Shown in pieces: positions 34,501 to 47,346 of a stretch of DNA of 64,000 nucleotides. How positions within the stretch are numbered: the first letter of the stretch is position 1; each line of letters starts with the position of its first letter. The notes under the pieces were generated by a model. That model was not told the origin of the DNA. It saw only the letters and a list, made by a program, of their open reading frames with translations, and ran no database searches. The translations under genes and the position numbers were made by a program. This DNA comes from Orbicella franksi (taxonomy: Eukaryota), in the NCBI GenBank assembly GCA_964199315.1, contig OZ116712.1, forward strand, positions 6,014,001 to 6,078,000, given 5' to 3'.

Positions 34501-37500
34501 GTGGTTTTCGTGAACTCCCTAGTGTTTCTTCATAACATGTTCGCACTTAGATGCAACGGACGGTATGTACACAGTATCATAGAAAACATCTAAGCATCCA
34601 CTCAGCGCTTGGCATATGACCAACAGTTTATACATCATGTTCCCTTACCTTTCCGTAATCACCGATAAGTAAACAAAATGCTCCGTAATCGAACCAATGA
34701 TCAGGGTCGTTCTTGTTCCGAGATAACCGCTTACGAAGCAAAGAAAGTACGCTACATTAATGATAATAAACTGTCTCCCTTTTAAAGGCAGTTAGAAATG
34801 TCTCAATCAAACGCAACAGCCAGACGTTTCCTTTTGTGACTGGAACGAATAAAAAAAAAAAAAGTTATAACAAATACCTCTTGGTAGTACTTGGCAGCCA
34901 GCTCAAAGTTTTGGTTCACCTACAAAGAAATAGAAAAGAAATTGAAATAGATGCATTTGTGACAACGCATTTTTTTTACAAAACCACGAACGAGCAAAAC
35001 TTCCTTCGCGAATATAGCGTGACAAAGTAGCTGTCACACAATCAATCATGATCTACCTCGGCTTCTCTTGCGAAGTGTTTGAGAGTTGCAGAGTCCGTGA
35101 CAGGCGGAGGTTCTTCTGGAGCCTCTTCCGCTGTTAGAAACTGAAATTGTAAACACGACAAAAAGTATATTACATCGGCGAACTGGCTTACACCCTTACA
35201 CCCTCCCAGAGGGATGTATTAACTGCGTTAAGAAAGTTTTGCACGGGACACTTTTAGAAGGGTTCAATTCACCCAATTGCAACGGGGATTCTGCAGCTTT
35301 GATTTCTGTTGAAATGGGTGATCCACTATTCAGACTACGAGTAGTCCCGCTTTTCTCTCAGTTAGCTGTGAGAGAACCGGAAAAGAAGCAAGAACAAAAC
35401 ATAGCTAAACATGGCCGCGCGAACAATGGGCAAGAGTGTCGCACGCACAAGAGTTACCACGTCAGCATGACGTCATATGGTTGGCCAGGTTACCAAGCAA
35501 CCGTTCTGGGGGGTGATCGACTTTTTGAGAAGCTTGAGATCAGTGTGGTATACATCGAGTAACAGCAACCAACAATGTCAAATTACCTTGTTTAAGGCGA
35601 CGTGCATCTGGTCGATTAGAAACACGTACAACTCGCTGAGGAATGCCTGGAGTTTCTCCTTGTCTGTAAAGGCTGTGGTGTTTAAATACTTCTCTCGCAC
35701 AATCTTTATGACGCTGTTCTGTTGGTCGAAAACACAACGCCTCGGTAAACAGCCTTGAAGCAAACGCCAGCAATACACAAGATGTTAATAATGAGCTGTG
35801 TAAGGTAAAATGCGTAAAATGTAATGTCTAATTAGTGAAATGGGATGACTTTGCGCGCGAAATGTGATGCATAACGTGCCATTTGACGGTTTAACTCCTA
35901 TCCACAAGCCTTGAGGTCATCCTCAAAGATGGGGCCTCATAAGAGAGGTGGGGCCTGATAAGAGGCCCCTCCTCAGGTGGGGCCTTATAAGAGGCCCCCC
36001 TCCTCAGGTGGGGCCTGATAAGAGGCCCCCCTCCTCAGGTGGGGCCTTATAAGAGGCCCCCCTCCTCAGGTGGGGCCTGATAAGAGGCCCCCCTCCTCAG
36101 GTGGGGCCTTATAAGAGAGATGGATAGCCAAAAAGAAACAACAAATTAAATTGATCGAATGGTCAGTAGCTTGTTAAAGTATTTAACAAGAAATATAAGG
36201 GGTAACGTTATTCGACGTTCCGTTTTATTTAAATTGAATTCATAGAAAAAATGGATGGAAATACAAAGGACACAACCTTAAACGAAAAACCAGACAATAT
36301 CACTCGCATTGATTAAAACGTTATGAACTTTGAGCGACAATCAAACAGTTCTTCTGATCGTAGAATCCATGCTAAGGGAAGTTAATTCAATTTCTTTTCC
36401 TTTTCCTAATAAAAGAGGCCTAGTTAGATAAGAGGACCTTGAAATGTAGGAGAGAGGAGTGCGAAGCAAAAAGTAAAGACATACTGAATTGGTAAGGATA
36501 CTAAAGCCGGGGGGGGGTACTCCTTATAACGACCTATACTGGGAGGCTTCGCCCGAAAGGGATACCGTTTTCCGCCTTCAGGTACTTAAAAGGGCAGGGA
36601 TTTTATAAGTTGAGGTTCATGGAAGGGTAGGGAAATCTGTCATTTATTTATTTTATAGGGTCTTTAATTAAAATATTTTGAACAGACGCACCTTATGGCT
36701 GTATCATTTTATTTGTTGGGCACTCCACAAAAGACTTCATTCTTTGACGATTTATTCATAAGAGGGACCAGTTATGAGAGTATGTATACAAAAGGGGTTC
36801 CTTTTCTGTCAAAATAGTATACAACAGGGTAAGGGGTTGGACCTCGGGATGGAGCCTCCCCGTATAGAACTTTGTAGAGTAGCCCCCCCTCCCCCAACCC
36901 CCGGATACTAAAGGGAAACATATTAAATTAACGCACCCTTCAGTTCATAACTGTACTCTGGTTTACCTTCAGTTGCTCTTTGAATGCGAAGTATTTTCCG
37001 GACGTATTCAGCTCGTAAAGGAACTTCTGCCTCCTGCACAAAAAGAGAAAAAAAAGTCTTCTATGCCTGAAGCCAGCTTCATTTGGCTTGCCTTTTTTTT
37101 TTTGCTCATACACACTGTATATATTTGTTTTGTCACTGTACTGTTTGCAACTCAGACCGTGAACAGCTTTCGATATTACTGTTTACAGACAGGATAACCC
37201 TATCTACTTGTTAGTGATTTGACCAAAGCACTATACAGCCTTTTTAAAAACAAACCAAGGCAGATTACACGGAATTTGGTATCCAATATGGATGTACTAA
37301 GAAAAGTACCTTTGATCCATGGCATCGTTTGACTGTGGTAGATCTCCTTTCATTAAATCATCGCCGTACATTTGTCTAAGACATAAAACAAGTTAGTTTA
37401 ATGGGCGTGTTATTACTCTTTTCTGAGCTTCTAACGTCATTTTTGTTTTGTCTGTACCTAGAAATCTAGCACTGAATGATCATTTAGTTCCATACTCTAC

Positions 37501-40500
37501 TTAGATTGTAAAAAAAAAATTCTCTCTCTTACAGTTTGTTCTTGCTTGTCTGTTCGCTTTTTTTTTTTTTTTTTTTACTTTTCCTTTTTTTGTTCCTTCG
37601 AGGGGTATGGGGTGGAGTTGGAAGCAAGGGAGTTTGGAAAAAAGAGAGGAAAAAAAAAAAAAAACGAAAAAGAAAAATCAACAAGAAAACATCTTAACGA
37701 GTTTGAGGATTTGTCAATGAAGGCATTTGACTCACAGACCTGAATTCCTCCAGAAGGGAGTTTGCCACTGTGGTCAGCTGAGCATGGAAGTCCTCTACAG
37801 CCTGTAAAATATAAGGTCAGTTGGACTTGCATATTATCCGCAAACGGATGCTGTAGATCAAAGTGTGTTCTACATGCATGTATGCATAAAACAACACACA
37901 GTGTACAAGACATCAGGAATACGTTGAACGCTAGATTGATCGAGAACAAGAGTCCAGATTTGAAGAGAATTTCAAGAGAATTCAAATTCTCCACCTTGAT
38001 GTTTTTCTTTCTACACCCCTCATCCTAAAACATGCTTTAGCAGGCAAGCCCTGTCGTGCTCCCATGTTAAGTCTAAACCAGTTCACATTTTCATGAGTCA
38101 AAGAGGACTGATTCAGGCGGAAAACTTTCTAATTATAAGGTTTTTTCAACGAACACTGGTGATAATCGACGAGAGTTTAAAAAAACCCTGAACCTTCTAG
38201 GTCCACCCCGCAACTTTCCTCGGCATTCGTCCTGGTCTAATCTGGATTTAAAGGAGCGGCGGCACATTTTGCACATCTTGAAATGTTTAGCCTACATTTT
38301 TCAAGTTCGTCGTTTAAAATCCGTGTCAAACTTCTCCATCCTTAACCATCCTTGTTAGCTTATGGTTTACTATTTACTCTTAAGTGTTTTTTCACCCCGA
38401 GTAAAGTACTATTTTTAGGTTTCCTTCAATGTAAAGGTAATTTTTTGGTGTGGCCAAAACAACTCAAAATACCATGACTGAGCTACCATAAGGTTTTTTA
38501 AGTTGCTACAGGTGTCGAATTCAACCGTCTGTCCTCACCTTTTTGGACCCTCCTGGTTTGCGGGCAAATACGGGCCGTGGAGGGATGTACTCAGCAACTC
38601 TACAAAGGCGATAAAAGATTTAGTACATAACATAAGATTTAGTGCATAACTAAGCAGGATAAAACTAAGTTACACAACACATGGAGGTATGCATGCAAGC
38701 GACCTGTAATGATGTTATATGCCGTTTGGCGATTGTTAAGCGTCTTTGCTCCGAGTTCTCTTGGCAGCCCGGATTTCATTAACGTTTTTAGCAGGAGGGC
38801 AACTGGTTTTCACAGGAGGGCAAGTCTCTTTGAAATAAACACCTCTATAAGAAAATCTTTCCTCTAGCTATAGATGGTAAAACCAGGCGAGCAAAATCAT
38901 AATCACAGCCGGTCAATTTGCCTAATACCCGGCCCTAAATGAAACCCCTGGACTCATGGATAATTCACTGTGCTTCAGTACAATGTAACTGCTTTGCTTT
39001 TACGGCAAACAACTGAAATCAGCTCTATCGTCAACAATAACGTCTCGCCAACTTACTTCCTTGCCAGCGAAGATGGCGGCCTCTTTGGTACCAGCGGCTT
39101 GTCGAGGACAAACTCTAACGTGATAAATGTTCGCGATTCGAGATATTGCTGTGTATAAGAATAACAAAAGATGACAGAAACGATCGTTACTCCTCATGAA
39201 ATGGAACTGGGATCAGAACGAATTAATGCAAAGAATCATATCCGTTAACTGAGGATGAAAAAAAAAAAAAAAAAACTTGCGCAGAAACTCATTTTGTCAC
39301 ATTCATTCAAAAGGAACTCTATGACTTACTGTAAGTTAACAAGATATGGGGGTAAAATTTACTATGACATAGAGAAAGGAAGATATTAAAAAAAAAAAAA
39401 AACGTATGATTGCGGACGTGGCCGAAGAGAGGGAGGGTATAAGGAGAAAACAAGTTCGATGTTCAAACGAGCCACTATCAGAAAATACAGCGATACACTG
39501 ATTTTAAAGGATGGAATATGACTGGGATATCATCAAAACTTGGAAGACTTATGCAAATAAATGCGTTTAGGATGAACGAGAATAACTTGCAAAAATGAGG
39601 GCTTTAACTAGATTCGCAGCCATGGTATTTCGCATAAATGAGACTATCAATGTATTAGTCAAGAGATACCCACCTGTCCTTCAAGATTCTTGGCTTCGTT
39701 ACTTTCTCCTTCTGATAAAATATCTGGCTTAAGCACAGCACCTGATGGCTAAATGAAAACCAAGTTTGATTGTGACTGAATAAAGAGTATTTAAAGGAAG
39801 AGAGATGTTAACCAAGTGCAGGAACTTCGCAAGAACCGTGATTTTTTTCTTAAACCAGCAGTCCAGTATATACGTCCAGTGTTCAATATTTCAGTATAAG
39901 AGTAATCATACCTTTGTTTTGGCATCTGCCTTGCCTTGTTTAGAAGGTGGAGGAGCTTTCTGGGCCATGGCCGAGACTAGAGTGCGGCTCATTCCACTGG
40001 CTACTCTGGCGGCCTCCTCTGCCAAATTTCCTTTTCGTTTGGTTTTCTCGTACACTTCATTCTCGATGAAAGGCCTCACTAGATATGCACCTCTTATCCT
40101 GTGAATGATGAAATAACAGGATCTGAAAGAATACTTTAGAAATCCCTTTCGTCTCACCATAATAAACACTCTTTGCCTTCCTCTCATTTTAATACTCTGT
40201 CTGTCCGTCTGCCTGACTATCTGTCCATCCGTCAGACCGTCAAAACGTGTACATGGAGTCATCGGCTCAGTATTAAAAGAGGAACAACAGAAAGATGTCC
40301 GGAGGAGCACGTAAGAATGCTTGCTCTTTGGTTAGATAAGAAATTTAGAAAAGAAACTAGAAGTAGTCTTTCGTCAACTTAAACATGTTAAAAATATTTC
40401 GAAAGGAATTAACCAAAAATGTATGAATTCCTTCATCGAGGCAAATTTTGCTCGTTAGAGACTAAGAATGGTCAATTGGACCGATTTATGGCGAAAAAGA

Positions 40501-42573
40501 AAGTTTTGGAGAAAATTTATGCTTTTCTTTAACTAACTCGATAGAAACTAGCAAAGATTGGCAGGTTTGCGAAAGCTTGTGGGAAAAATAACAAACGCTT
40601 TTGACTTTGATGGGAACAGAAACAAACCTTTTTACTCCAGGGTAGAGTAAGGGCGCCATATTGACATACGCCACGCCGTGGAATGAGATCGGGATATCTT
40701 CCTCTAATGAACCCTGTTTTCCCTTTGCCTTGGTGGCCTGCTGAACTGGTGTCCTCATTATTTCCACGGGCCAGAAACGATTTTGAGCGATCTTGTTCTG
40801 CAAACTGGAAAAAGAAAAAATATTAAGGCTACAATTATACTTTGGGTTAAGGCGTTGGGATAACGAGAAAGAGCGAACGAGAGAACGAGCGAACGAGCGA
40901 ACGAGAAAAACGGGCGAACGGGCGAACGGGGGGACGAGCGAACGAGCGAACGAACGGGTTTTACAACGTTAAGTTTGACGCCAAAACTAAAGCTAGTGAC
41001 TTCCAAAATTAGAAAATCAGTAAGCGACAGAAATTTTCTCTCACTCCCTAAGAATTTTATAATGGTTGAAATAGTGAGGATTCGTCGTAAGACGAGGTTC
41101 TATTGTAATTATAATAAGAACTTCAGCATGGTGTACACAGTGAGATGTTAAGAGAATTTCACCTTTCAGCAGCTTCTGCACTGATAAAACACCGTCTTTC
41201 TGCATTCCAAGTCACATGGTTCTTTTCGTTAATAGCTTCTTGGCGGAACGCCACATCCTCTCTGTCTCTAAGATCGCCATCTTCATCTTCAAAGGGCGTA
41301 TCTTCGATGGTACTGAAACACAAAAGGTTCCATTTTTTATTTGCTGGTTTTTTCACAGATGTTAACAAGAACAGTGCTCTATTACTTACAGTTGCTACAG
41401 TACATGTGATTTTCGACGATGTAGATTACGGGTTCTGGCACTATTCGCAAAGTTGCATTTCTATCATCTAAGCACAATTATAATGCTTGGCTAGGATCAA
41501 AATCAACTTCACTGTATCGATCGTGTTAGAACTAACTATGGTAAATTTAGTTTGCACTTCTCTGGTCGTTCTATTTTGAATAATTTGAATAACCCCGGTG
41601 GGAGAATTACAGAAGCTACGTCGTGGTTTGCATAGCTTGAAAAGTATAGCCTAAAATTTTCAAGTTCCTGGTTTGAAATCCGAGTTAACCTTCTCCATCT
41701 TTAACCATCCTTTTTCCTTTATGGTTTATTATTAACTCTTTGGTGTTTTTCTATCTTAGTAAAGTACAATTTTCAGGTTTCCTTCAATTTAAAGGAAATT
41801 TTGTTCATTGCCAAATTAACTCGTAATACCGTGACTGAGGTCGTTTTGGAGAGGTGTAAGATGTTCGACCTTGCAAACTTCTGTACAAACTCTCTGGTTT
41901 AGCTACTGACAGCCTTACTGATCTACGTTCTTGTTTCTGACTGGACGCTGCAAGTAAATTCAACACTTACCTGTCAGCGATATACAGGCAGGAACCAGAG
42001 GCACTCGGAGCAGCGGACCATTTGCGTTGATTCATAGTTTCCTGGTGAGTTCAAACAAACCTTGATCAAAATGTTGAAATGTTTACTGTTGGAAATAAGG
42101 CCCCGTCTATGCTACGCCGGAGAAATTTGAAAACGCAGCTTTATTTCTACGGTTAGGCCTACCGTCCACACTTAATCCGTCACGAAAATGCAGCTTTTCG
42201 AGAATGCTCTTCAAACCGGAGGAATTTGAAAACGCTGGCTTTGCGTTTTGGTGTGGACGGAAAACATTTTTTTGAAAATATCGTAAATGAAACAAGACTT
42301 CAGAAAAGGAAGAGAGAAAACGTTTTTACTCTCCAACAGTGTATATACGGGTATCAATGACAAGAATATGATCCCGGATATTAAAACGTGCGCGTGTAAG
42401 TAAGCAAATTCTTTCCGCAATGCTCACTGGCAGAATAAAGTTCTCCACGCATGAAACAACCATAAAAAATCGTATTAATGACGTGAATCAACGTTTAAAA
42501 CGAGAACGAATCACTCGGATTCTCGTGCCAAACACTTTTAATTTCCGCTTGATTTTTCCTACGCGTGCCATTG

Positions 42574-42605
<32 letters not shown>

Positions 42606-45600
42606 GAAAAAGAGTCTGACTTACTTGCATGTATCGTTTACTTTTCCGTTACGCTACTTCAAGCTCGGAAACCAAATGCTCACCTTTTCGCCTGGGGCGC
42701 GAAGAATGCCATTAGACAACACTATTGTATTCTCCTTCTGTAAAAGTGTGGTTTTTAGAAAAAAGAAAGTTACTCAATTGAAATTGAAATAATTAGTAGT
42801 CATTTTATCAGTCAATCACTAATTAGCAAAACTCAGAAATCTTTGTGATGAAGCATGGGTGTCCGTCTTTGCCATGACTCCCCTTGCACGATTTTTTTTT
42901 CAGCAGTTTTCGCTGCGCAGGAAACAAAAAAAAAATAATGGTCCGTCCCTAAACTTATCCTACTCTTTGTAAGTTCTTCATTTGTAATACTTGTTAATTT
43001 TCACCATCATAGATGTGGTCTATGTACAAAATTGTGTATTTTGTCCTTTTTTCTAACCTTATAAATTACATGATATATTTCTACATTTTGAGAATTTCAA
43101 TATATTGATATCAAGGCTTGATCTTACCTCACTGGAGACTGGTATTGGAAGGCTAGCAGTGTAATTAAACTGCTGAGCCATTTGTATCTGCCATGAGTCT
43201 GGTACAGAAAACGCGCTATCCACATGGACACTTAACAGATTGCTGTCAATCAACACATAGAAAAACATTTTGAGTTTCTCATATGTACAGTGCAAGTGGT
43301 AAGTAGGGCTGTCATTAAGTTTTAATTCACCTGTAGCCTTGATCTTCACACCCGTAGCAAACTTGTTACTTTATGGGTGAATTGTATCAACTACAGGCCA
43401 ATTCAGCCCTAACATCAAGGGTCCATCAAACATACTCAGCCGTAAACAGGTGTAACGGTTTACAGCCCTTATTGACAGCCCTGGTAAGTACTATACATAT
43501 TACAAAGCAGATTACAGCTGTTGACAGCCACTGGTTTGTAATAAGCTTGCACAACAATGTGGTTAGCTACAGTAGGCTGCAAGTAAAATTCTCTTGACAG
43601 ACAAAAGACTCGACTGTCTTTATTTCAAATAACACTGAATTTTTAAAAACCTGTTATTCAGCTGTGTTTCTGTCAGAAGAGGCTGGGCCACAGACACTTG
43701 CACCTCAATTTCAGGCTAAAATCATGTAAAGAAACAAATTTAACAAACACAAAAATATTTAAAGTAAACATACAATTCTTTTTTTTCTGCAATTAAACTT
43801 GGGCTAACTTGTGGAAGCCAGAGAAGACAAACTACAGATTAAAAGTAACTATAGTGGGGTGTTCACAGATACTGTAAGGTCACACTGTACCTTGCACACT
43901 TACCAGAATTTGTTCTGTGGTTGCTGTTTCAGCTGGTACAATGACTGGGTGCACAGACTGCAAAACACTGAACTTGGTTTCGCCTTTAAAAAACAAAAAG
44001 AACAGGAGGTAAAAAAAAGTGTTCTCGTGTAAGAGAACATCGGGGGGAAACCAAAGGAGACAAGGGGAATTGAGTGGTAAAGTGAGAGACAGTAGAGCAA
44101 AGTTGGAGTTAGAGGCAAGTTACAGGCACCAGTAGCAGTTCTTTTACATTTTGGTAGGAGCAAGAAGGACTGAAATGTCTAGACCAAAAGCATGTGCAAA
44201 AATGATCAATGTATAATGTCCAGTACATGTATTTCTCTTGTTTACATACCAAACTGGTACGACCACAACACCACAATACTGAGTTAAATAATTCTACTTT
44301 GAATTGATTGCTCACCATGAAGTAAAGGCAGTAAATCAACACAGGATTGACCCAAAATATTTATTTTCTCCTCTTTTCCTTTCTTGTCCTTTGGTAGGAC
44401 CTCAACAACAGTGACTGTAAGAAGTAGTAAAAAGCAGTAACAATAATACAGGGAGTAAATAAGTAATTACAGCTATTAATAATAATCGTACCAGAATAGT
44501 CTTATAAAGTGACTTTATTGTCATACAATTCTTTACCACCACGCAAAATTAAGGGTGTTTCTAACAGGTTGTATTGTTGCTATGGAAACCTATTACGCCA
44601 TGAAGATTACCATTCTTGGTTTACCAATGGCTGGGCATTTGTGTGATACCAATATCGTGGCATCACTTGATAAAGAGTGGTAGTATTGATCCTTCAAAGT
44701 ATAACTGTTGGAAAAGGGCTGGTTACTATTGCCAGCTGCCTTAATCTCAGATATGCCTCTCAAACACGAAAAAAATGTGACTGTGTGAAAAGAGACATTT
44801 GACTCACCTCAGGCTAGCTGTACAAAAAACTAAAATTATAAAATTATTATATGTAATGGAGCCTTTTTTGGCATGCTTTGATGGTATATCAGGTAAGTTT
44901 GGTCTCCGCAACATACCCATGGTGAGACCAAAATTAATTTTATGCCACCAAAAACAACCATTAGTCCCCGCCATATGAGTGTTTACTGAACTTTGACCAT
45001 AAATTTCATCCTATGAGGTCTTATTTGATTTTGCAGGATATCAGAATAGCAGACAAGGCTTTCTGATTGGCTAATAATTTATAAATTTAGGTGTGATTAC
45101 CTGTTAAATATCAAAATTAAACAAACACTAACCTATAACAGGTTTATATGATATAGAATCCAAGGAAGAAGCGTCTTCAAAAGAACAATCTAATGAAGCA
45201 TTGAAATTGTACTCTGTGCTGTGAGTGTCTGTGTTGGCTTCAACTTTGGGTGATTCTCCAAGCAGATTAGCTCCAAACTCGAGCCTTACCATGGAGTTTA
45301 GAGAATCGCCTTTTGAGCCTCTCTGTGAAATTAATAAAAAGAAATCTGATGAGCAACTTATTTTCAAGTCTTAGCACGTACAAAGCATGTAAAGAAAACC
45401 AATTTTTAGGCTTTCTTTAAGGTAAGCTGTAACCATAATGTACTTGCAAGCACAAAATTCATTCCCACTAGCTCCCCCCCCCCCCCCCAAAAAAAAAATT
45501 TCTTACCGGCACAATTACTAAATAACGAAGTGTACAAAGTCTAAAAATAGAATGCAAATTATTGGAACCCCACGAGAGTCAGCCAACATAAGCGTGTTCT

Positions 45601-47143
45601 GAGAGAAATAGGGAGAAAATGAACATCAAATTTTCGTTTTAAAAATTGTTTTAGGAACACTAGCTTACACGCTTGAAAAAGCGTCCAATCTTTCACCATT
45701 CCGTTTTGTTTGTCTGAATTATGATGTCACTCGCGCGCTTCGCTATCAATCTACAAAATTAACTGTCTAATACAATACTTTCACCTCTGACTGAACTTCT
45801 GTAATTTGAATTTTCTCAAAGTTCTTTCTCTAAAAAGTCAAATCACACAAACAGGGGCTTCATTAACATTTTCATCAAGAAGCCAACTGGTTTTTGCAGG
45901 CAGGGAAAGCTTTTTGAACAGAACTTCTTTATAACAAAACCTTTCCTCTAGATGGTCAAACCAGGCGAACAAAATCAACATTGCAGACAGTCAATTTGGG
46001 TGGTGCCTGACCCTTGATCATAGACAGTTGCCACAAACATCACTTTGTTAAAAATTCCCTATCTTTTCCCTGATAAAAATAAAATTTCCCTGATCATATA
46101 AATACGAAATGGCAGAATGGCAGATATACTAGAGGCTTCAAGCTTCTCCTTACTACTGTCCTTTCAACTCATTTATCAAGACCAATACGTTTTCAACAAA
46201 TGTTCCTTCTTCATCAAGGAAAAATTCTTGTTGAGATCGCAGTGACCCCAAATGTTTCTTCCAGCCTTCAATGGTACTAAATCTGTCGAGTTAAAATTAT
46301 TTCAATTTTTTATGACTTTTAATACTTTAAAATCTCAACTTTCCCTGACTCAGAATAAAATTCCCTATCTTTTCCTTGACCTCGAAGAATTTCTTTTTTC
46401 CCTGAACATTTTCTGATCTGTGGCAACCCTGTTAATGAAACTCCTGCACAAGCAACTTAGTATAGAAATCCACTAGCCCGGACTATTGGACATGACATTC
46501 TGTCAGCAGAGAGAAGTCGGCGACCACCAGCACAGAGCCTTACACACAGGCGTTCTAGTCAAAAAGAGTAGTTGTGCTGCCACTTCAACAGCACAATTAG
46601 CTATTACTAAAATAACTCAGTAAGTATATGATAGTACGATTAACGTTGATATGTACATGTATGCATTAAAACTCAGGTAACACTGCACTGTAACAGTCCC
46701 AGAACAAGGCTGTCCCAGGTTGCAGATTGCAGTGCAACTGGTATTTCAAATTACTGAACAGTAATAACTTGTAATAATAAATACCTTTGTGACCTAAGCT
46801 TATTGGTTAAACTCACGATCGATAATCTTCATGCAACATAATTTCATCGACAAAGAAAAAGGCAATGTACATGTACATAAGCTTGAGATTCTGCAAGTCA
46901 TCTATGAATACCACGAAAATGATTTCATTAAAATAAAAACGACAAGTATGTGTTTAGAAATTAAATTGTAAGCTTACTTGTAACCTAACCCAAGCCGATC
47001 GCCAGGAGTAAGCTAATAAATAAAATGAAATTGTATGATCTAGTCATTTTTGCAAGTTCGCTTACCAGATTTCTACAGCGCACCACCGTTATGGTCACCG
47101 GCTCCGGTGCCCTGATGCTCGCTGTTTCTTCTTCATTAGCCAT
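27453..47143 (-). CDS. CFAP70: Cilia- and flagella-associated protein 70 (TTC18), complete, 31 exons
   Basis: Exons 5'->3': 47066-47143, 45133-45322, 44316-44414, 43904-43983, 43651-43715, 43128-43242, 42684-42737, 41971-42041, 41163-41312, 40628-40804, 39912-40098, 39674-39748, 39057-39148, 38539-38599, 37740-37801, 37310-37375, 36967-37033, 35587-35718, 35057-35140, 34878-34919, 34649-34729, 33298-33350, 32789-32904, 31844-32071, 31268-31605, 30753-30905, 30214-30375, 29223-29312, 28929-29030, 28092-28139, 27453-27536. All are GT-AG and phase-consistent. Diagnostic peptides: [63 protein letters not shown] region, C-terminal RVGFGNP. Confidence 0.96.
27842..28081 (+). mobile_element. TTAA-flanked MITE, copy D
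   Basis: ctaaaggagctacgccacag...cgcgactgagctcattaa; 10 nt from the CFAP70 exon 30 donor. Confidence 0.75.
28466..28748. repeat. Probable interspersed repeat fragment
   Basis: Non-coding block with an internal (aaaac)n run, ...ccagccatcttgaccgaataagcttggtcaataa...; recognised by pattern only. Confidence 0.4.
29674..29950. mobile_element. MITE with gacataac sub-repeats (Harbinger-like termini)
   Basis: Inverted arms ctcgttcacacttgcgacataacg / cgttatgtcactagtgtaaacaagg. Confidence 0.6.
32229..32389. mobile_element. 161-bp MITE with long TIRs
   Basis: ctacaatcttggacaaaataaatggaaca / tgttccattttattctgtccaagattgtag. Confidence 0.8.
32929..33168. mobile_element. MITE (aatagaccatttcacag...ctgtaaaatgacttaat)
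   Basis: Imperfect TIRs around a partly palindromic body. Confidence 0.55.
33442..34035 (+). mobile_element. TAGGG-family MITE interrupted by a nested element
   Basis: Homologous to 1594-1959 on both sides of the insertion at 33618-33809. Confidence 0.7.
33618..33809. mobile_element. Harbinger-like MITE nested in the TAGGG MITE
   Basis: TIRs ggcccatccacacg / cgcttggacggggcc, flanked by taa and tga (decayed 3-bp TWA target duplication). A related left end occurs at about 42100-42290. Confidence 0.7.
34190..34521 (-). mobile_element. TAGGG-family MITE, inverted copy
   Basis: Minus strand tagggagttcacgaaaaccacgacggcaacggcaacg...; homologous to 1594-1959. Confidence 0.65.
35928..36117. repeat. 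31-bp GC-rich hairpin minisatellite, 6 units plus a partial
   Basis: Unit aggtggggcct(g/t)ataagaggcccccctcctc. Confidence 0.92.
36508..36903. mobile_element. MITE with poly-G/poly-C termini
   Basis: ccggggggggg tactcc ... gagtagccccccctcccccaacccccgg. Confidence 0.55.
38248..38490 (+). mobile_element. TTAA-flanked MITE, copy E
   Basis: ttaaaggagcggcggcac...catgactgagctaccata; homologous to copies A-D. Confidence 0.72.
38768..38950 (+). mobile_element. MITE family (caggggcttcatt...aatgaaacccctg), 2 copies
   Basis: Aligns with about 45852-46020 through ttcattaac...gcaactggttt...tttcctctag...atggt(a/c)aaaccaggcga(g/a)caaaatca. Confidence 0.55.
41607..41845 (+). mobile_element. TTAA-flanked MITE, copy F (termini decayed)
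   Basis: Body aaaagtatagcctaaaattttcaagttc...ataccgtgactgag is homologous to copies A-E. Confidence 0.68.
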
Positions 47144-47261
47144 GTTAGGTTTTATATTGACTTTCAAGAGGGTTTTAGCAGGATAAACTACTGTTTTAAA
47201 GTCGATTTGCGCCGAAAAGTGGTGAAACAGCCGCCATATTGACTCTCTTTTGAGTTTCTTT

Positions 47262-47275
47262 GTTACTATGACAAC
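47262..47275. promoter_or_regulatory. Putative RFX X-box upstream of CFAP70
   Basis: GTTACTATGACAAC fits RYYNYY-WW-RRNRAC and lies about 120 bp upstream of the ATG of a ciliary gene. Confidence 0.6.
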
Positions 47276-47346
47276 TGGCGCCTTCAATGTAAACCGCTGT
47301 CAAAACACTGCGCCTTCTCTGTCACACAACACCACAGACTGTGTAC

